Assembly (NCBI GenBank): GCA_964057225.1
Contig: OZ059896.1
Span: 18,848,001-18,912,000 of the forward strand
DNA length: 64,000 nt
Direction of reading: 5' to 3'
From: Auanema rhodensis
Taxonomy: Eukaryota; Animalia; Nematoda
Under the pieces are notes generated by a model. It was not told where the DNA came from, made no database searches, and saw nothing but the letters and a program-made list of their open reading frames with translations. The translations under genes were made by a program, and so were the position numbers. Shown one piece after another: positions 61,601 to 64,000 of the stretch (position 1 is its first letter; every line of letters starts with the position of its first letter).

Positions 61601-64000
61601 TTTTAGTGAGTTACTGGGTTGGGTTATACAAATGGTCTAATTTGAATGCGATTTACATGGCCTTGTGGCCTAATGGATAAGGCGTCGGACTTCGGATCCG
61701 AAGATTGTAGGTTCGAGTCCTGCCAGGGTCGTTATTTTTTGATTCAAAAAAATCATTACCTGATAGTTTACATGTTTTATTCTGTATTATCTCATACAAT
61801 TGAAAAAAATACTAGCAGTAAAACAAATGCAGTGATAATATTCTCGAAAATGTTCCTATTCAGAGTGCGAAAGTATCAAAAATTTCCCGAAGGTTTTCTC
61901 ATAAGGTACTAAAATAAAAGTATTATTTCATATTATTATTTTTTCAGACCTAGAATCGATAAAAAAAATCAACTACATTTTAGTGAGTTACTGGGTTGGG
62001 TTATACAAATTGTCTAATTTGAATGCGATTTACATGGCCTTGTGGCCTAATGGATAAGGCGTCGGACTTCGGATCCGAAGATTGTAGGTTCGAGTCCTGC
62101 CAGGGTCGTTATTTTTTGTTTTAAAAAAATCATTACCTGATAGTTTACATGTTTTATTCTGTATTATCTCATACAATTGAAAAAAATACTAGCAGTAAAA
62201 CAAATGCAGTGATAATATTCTCGAAAATGTTCCTATTCAGAGTGCGAAAGTATCAAAAATTTCCCGAAGGTTTTCTCATAAGGTACTAAAATAAAAGTAT
62301 TATTTCATATTATTATTTTTTCAGACCTAGAATCGATAAAAAAAATCAACTACATTTTAGTGAGTTACTGGGTTGGGTTATACAAATTGTCTAATTTGAA
62401 TGCGATTTACATGGCCTTGTGGCCTAATGGATAAGGCGTCGGACTTCGGATCCGAAGATTGTAGGTTCGAGTCCTGCCAGGGTCGTTATTTTTTGTTTTA
62501 AAAAAATCATTACCTGATAGTTTACATGTTTTATTCTGTATTATCTCATACAATTGAAAAAAATACTAGCAGTAAAACAAATGCAGTGATAATATTCTCG
62601 AGAATGTTCCTATACAGAGTGAGAAAATATCAAAAATTTCCTGAAGGTTTTCTCAGAAGGTACTGAAATAAAAGTATTATTTCATATTATTATTTTTTCA
62701 GACCTAGAATCGAGACCAAAAAAACCACTACATTTTAGTGAGTTACTGGGTTGGGTTATACAAATTGTCTAATTAGAATGCGATTTACATGGCCTTGTGG
62801 CCTAATGGATAAGGCGTCGGACTTCGGATCCGAAGATTGTAGGTTCGAGTCCTGCCAGGGTCGTTACTTTTTGTTTTAAAAAAATCATTACCTGATAAAT
62901 TACATGTTTTATTCTGTATTATCTCATACAATTGAAAAAAATACTAGCAATAAAACAAATGCAGTGATAATATTCTCGAAAATGTTCCTATTCAGAGTGA
63001 GAAAATATCAAAAATTTCCCGAAGGTTTTCTCATAAGGTACTAAAATAAAAGTATTATTTCATATTATTATTTTTTCAGACCTAGAATCGATAAAAAAAA
63101 TTAACTACATTTTAGTGAGTTACTGGGTTGGGTTATACAAATTGTCTAATTTGAATGCGATTTACATGGCCTTGTGGCCTAATGGATAAGGCGTCGGACT
63201 TCGGATCCGAAGATTGTAGGTTCGAGTCCTGCCAGGGTCGTTATTTTTTGTTTTAAAAAAATCATTACCTGATAGTTTACATGTTTTATTCTGTATTATC
63301 TCATACAATTGAAAAAAATACTAGCAGTAAAACAAATGCAGTGATAATATTCTCGAGAATGTTCCTATTCAGAGTGAGAAAATATCAAAAATTTCCTGAA
63401 GGTTTTCTCAGAAGGTACTGAAATAAAAGTATTATTTCATATTATTATTTTTTCAGACCTAGAATCGATAAAAAAAATTAACTACATTTTAGTGAGTTAC
63501 TGGGTTGGGTTATACAAATTGTCTAATTTGAATGCGATTTACATGGCCTTGTGGCCTAATGGATAAGGCGTCGGACTTCGGATCCGAAGATTGTAGGTTC
63601 GAGTCCTGCCAGGGTCGTTACTTTTTGTTTTAAAAAAATCATTACCTGATAAATTACATGTTTTATTCTGTATTATCTCATACAATTGAAAAAAATACTA
63701 GCAATAAAACAAATGCAGTGATAATATTCTCGAAAATGTTCCTATTCAGAGTGAGAAAATATCAAAAATTTCCCGAAGGTTTTCTCATAAGGTACTAAAA
63801 TAAAAGTATTATTTCATATTATTATTTTTTCAGACCTAGAATTGATAAAAAAAATCAACTACATTTTAGTGAGTTACTGGGTTGGGTTATACAAATTGTC
63901 TAATTAGAATGCGATTTACATGGCCTTGTGGCCTAATGGATAAGGCGTCGGACTTCGGATCCGAAGATTGTAGGTTCGAGTCCTGCCAGGGTCGTTATTT
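46687..64000 (+). repeat. tRNA-Arg array plus block 3 (about 46 genes; continues past the window)
   Basis: First gene at 46953, last at 63922-63994. Confidence 0.97.

Noticed and set aside
16269-61912. Dozens of 62-97 aa ORFs (MRFTWPCGLMDK..., MYEIIQNK...)
   Set aside because: They are translations through the tRNA and spacer. They appear and disappear with single substitutions and homopolymer length, with no coding signal.
4349-64000. CRISPR-like or SINE interpretation of the array
   Set aside because: Spacers are near-identical rather than unique and there are no cas genes. Units have an intact cloverleaf with an immediate terminator, no poly(A) tail and no TSDs.

Overview
AT-rich eukaryotic DNA, probably nematode (inferred from the metazoan-type tRNA and the gag-env-pol Ty3/gypsy element; the species cannot be read from the sequence). 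About three quarters of the window is a tandem array of one tRNA-Arg(TCG) gene in a 376-377 bp unit. It holds about 113 full-length copies by unit spacing: 17 on the minus strand, then about 42, 8 and 46 on the plus strand after a head-to-head inversion near 15,982. Three related but distinct Ty3/gypsy LTR families (A, B, C) interrupt the array. All LTR-to-array junctions lie just upstream of a tRNA gene, at -8..-5, about -57 and -60. The LTRs share a non-canonical ...GGAACG U5 end, an AATAAACCTTT motif and a U5 hairpin, and B and C carry a tRNA-Gln primer-binding site (PBS) flush against the LTR. Element C (32085-42507) has identical LTRs and a target-site duplication (TSD). It originally encoded one Gag-Env(gB-like)-PR-RT-RH-IN polyprotein, now broken by an inverted duplication in env and loss of the integrase core. 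The best candidate for an undescribed system is an env-bearing, tRNA-gene-targeting endogenous metavirus clade living in a tRNA satellite. Its U5/PBS junction is complementary to both ends of the primer tRNA. The repeated 62-97 aa ORFs in the track are artefacts of the tRNA repeat.
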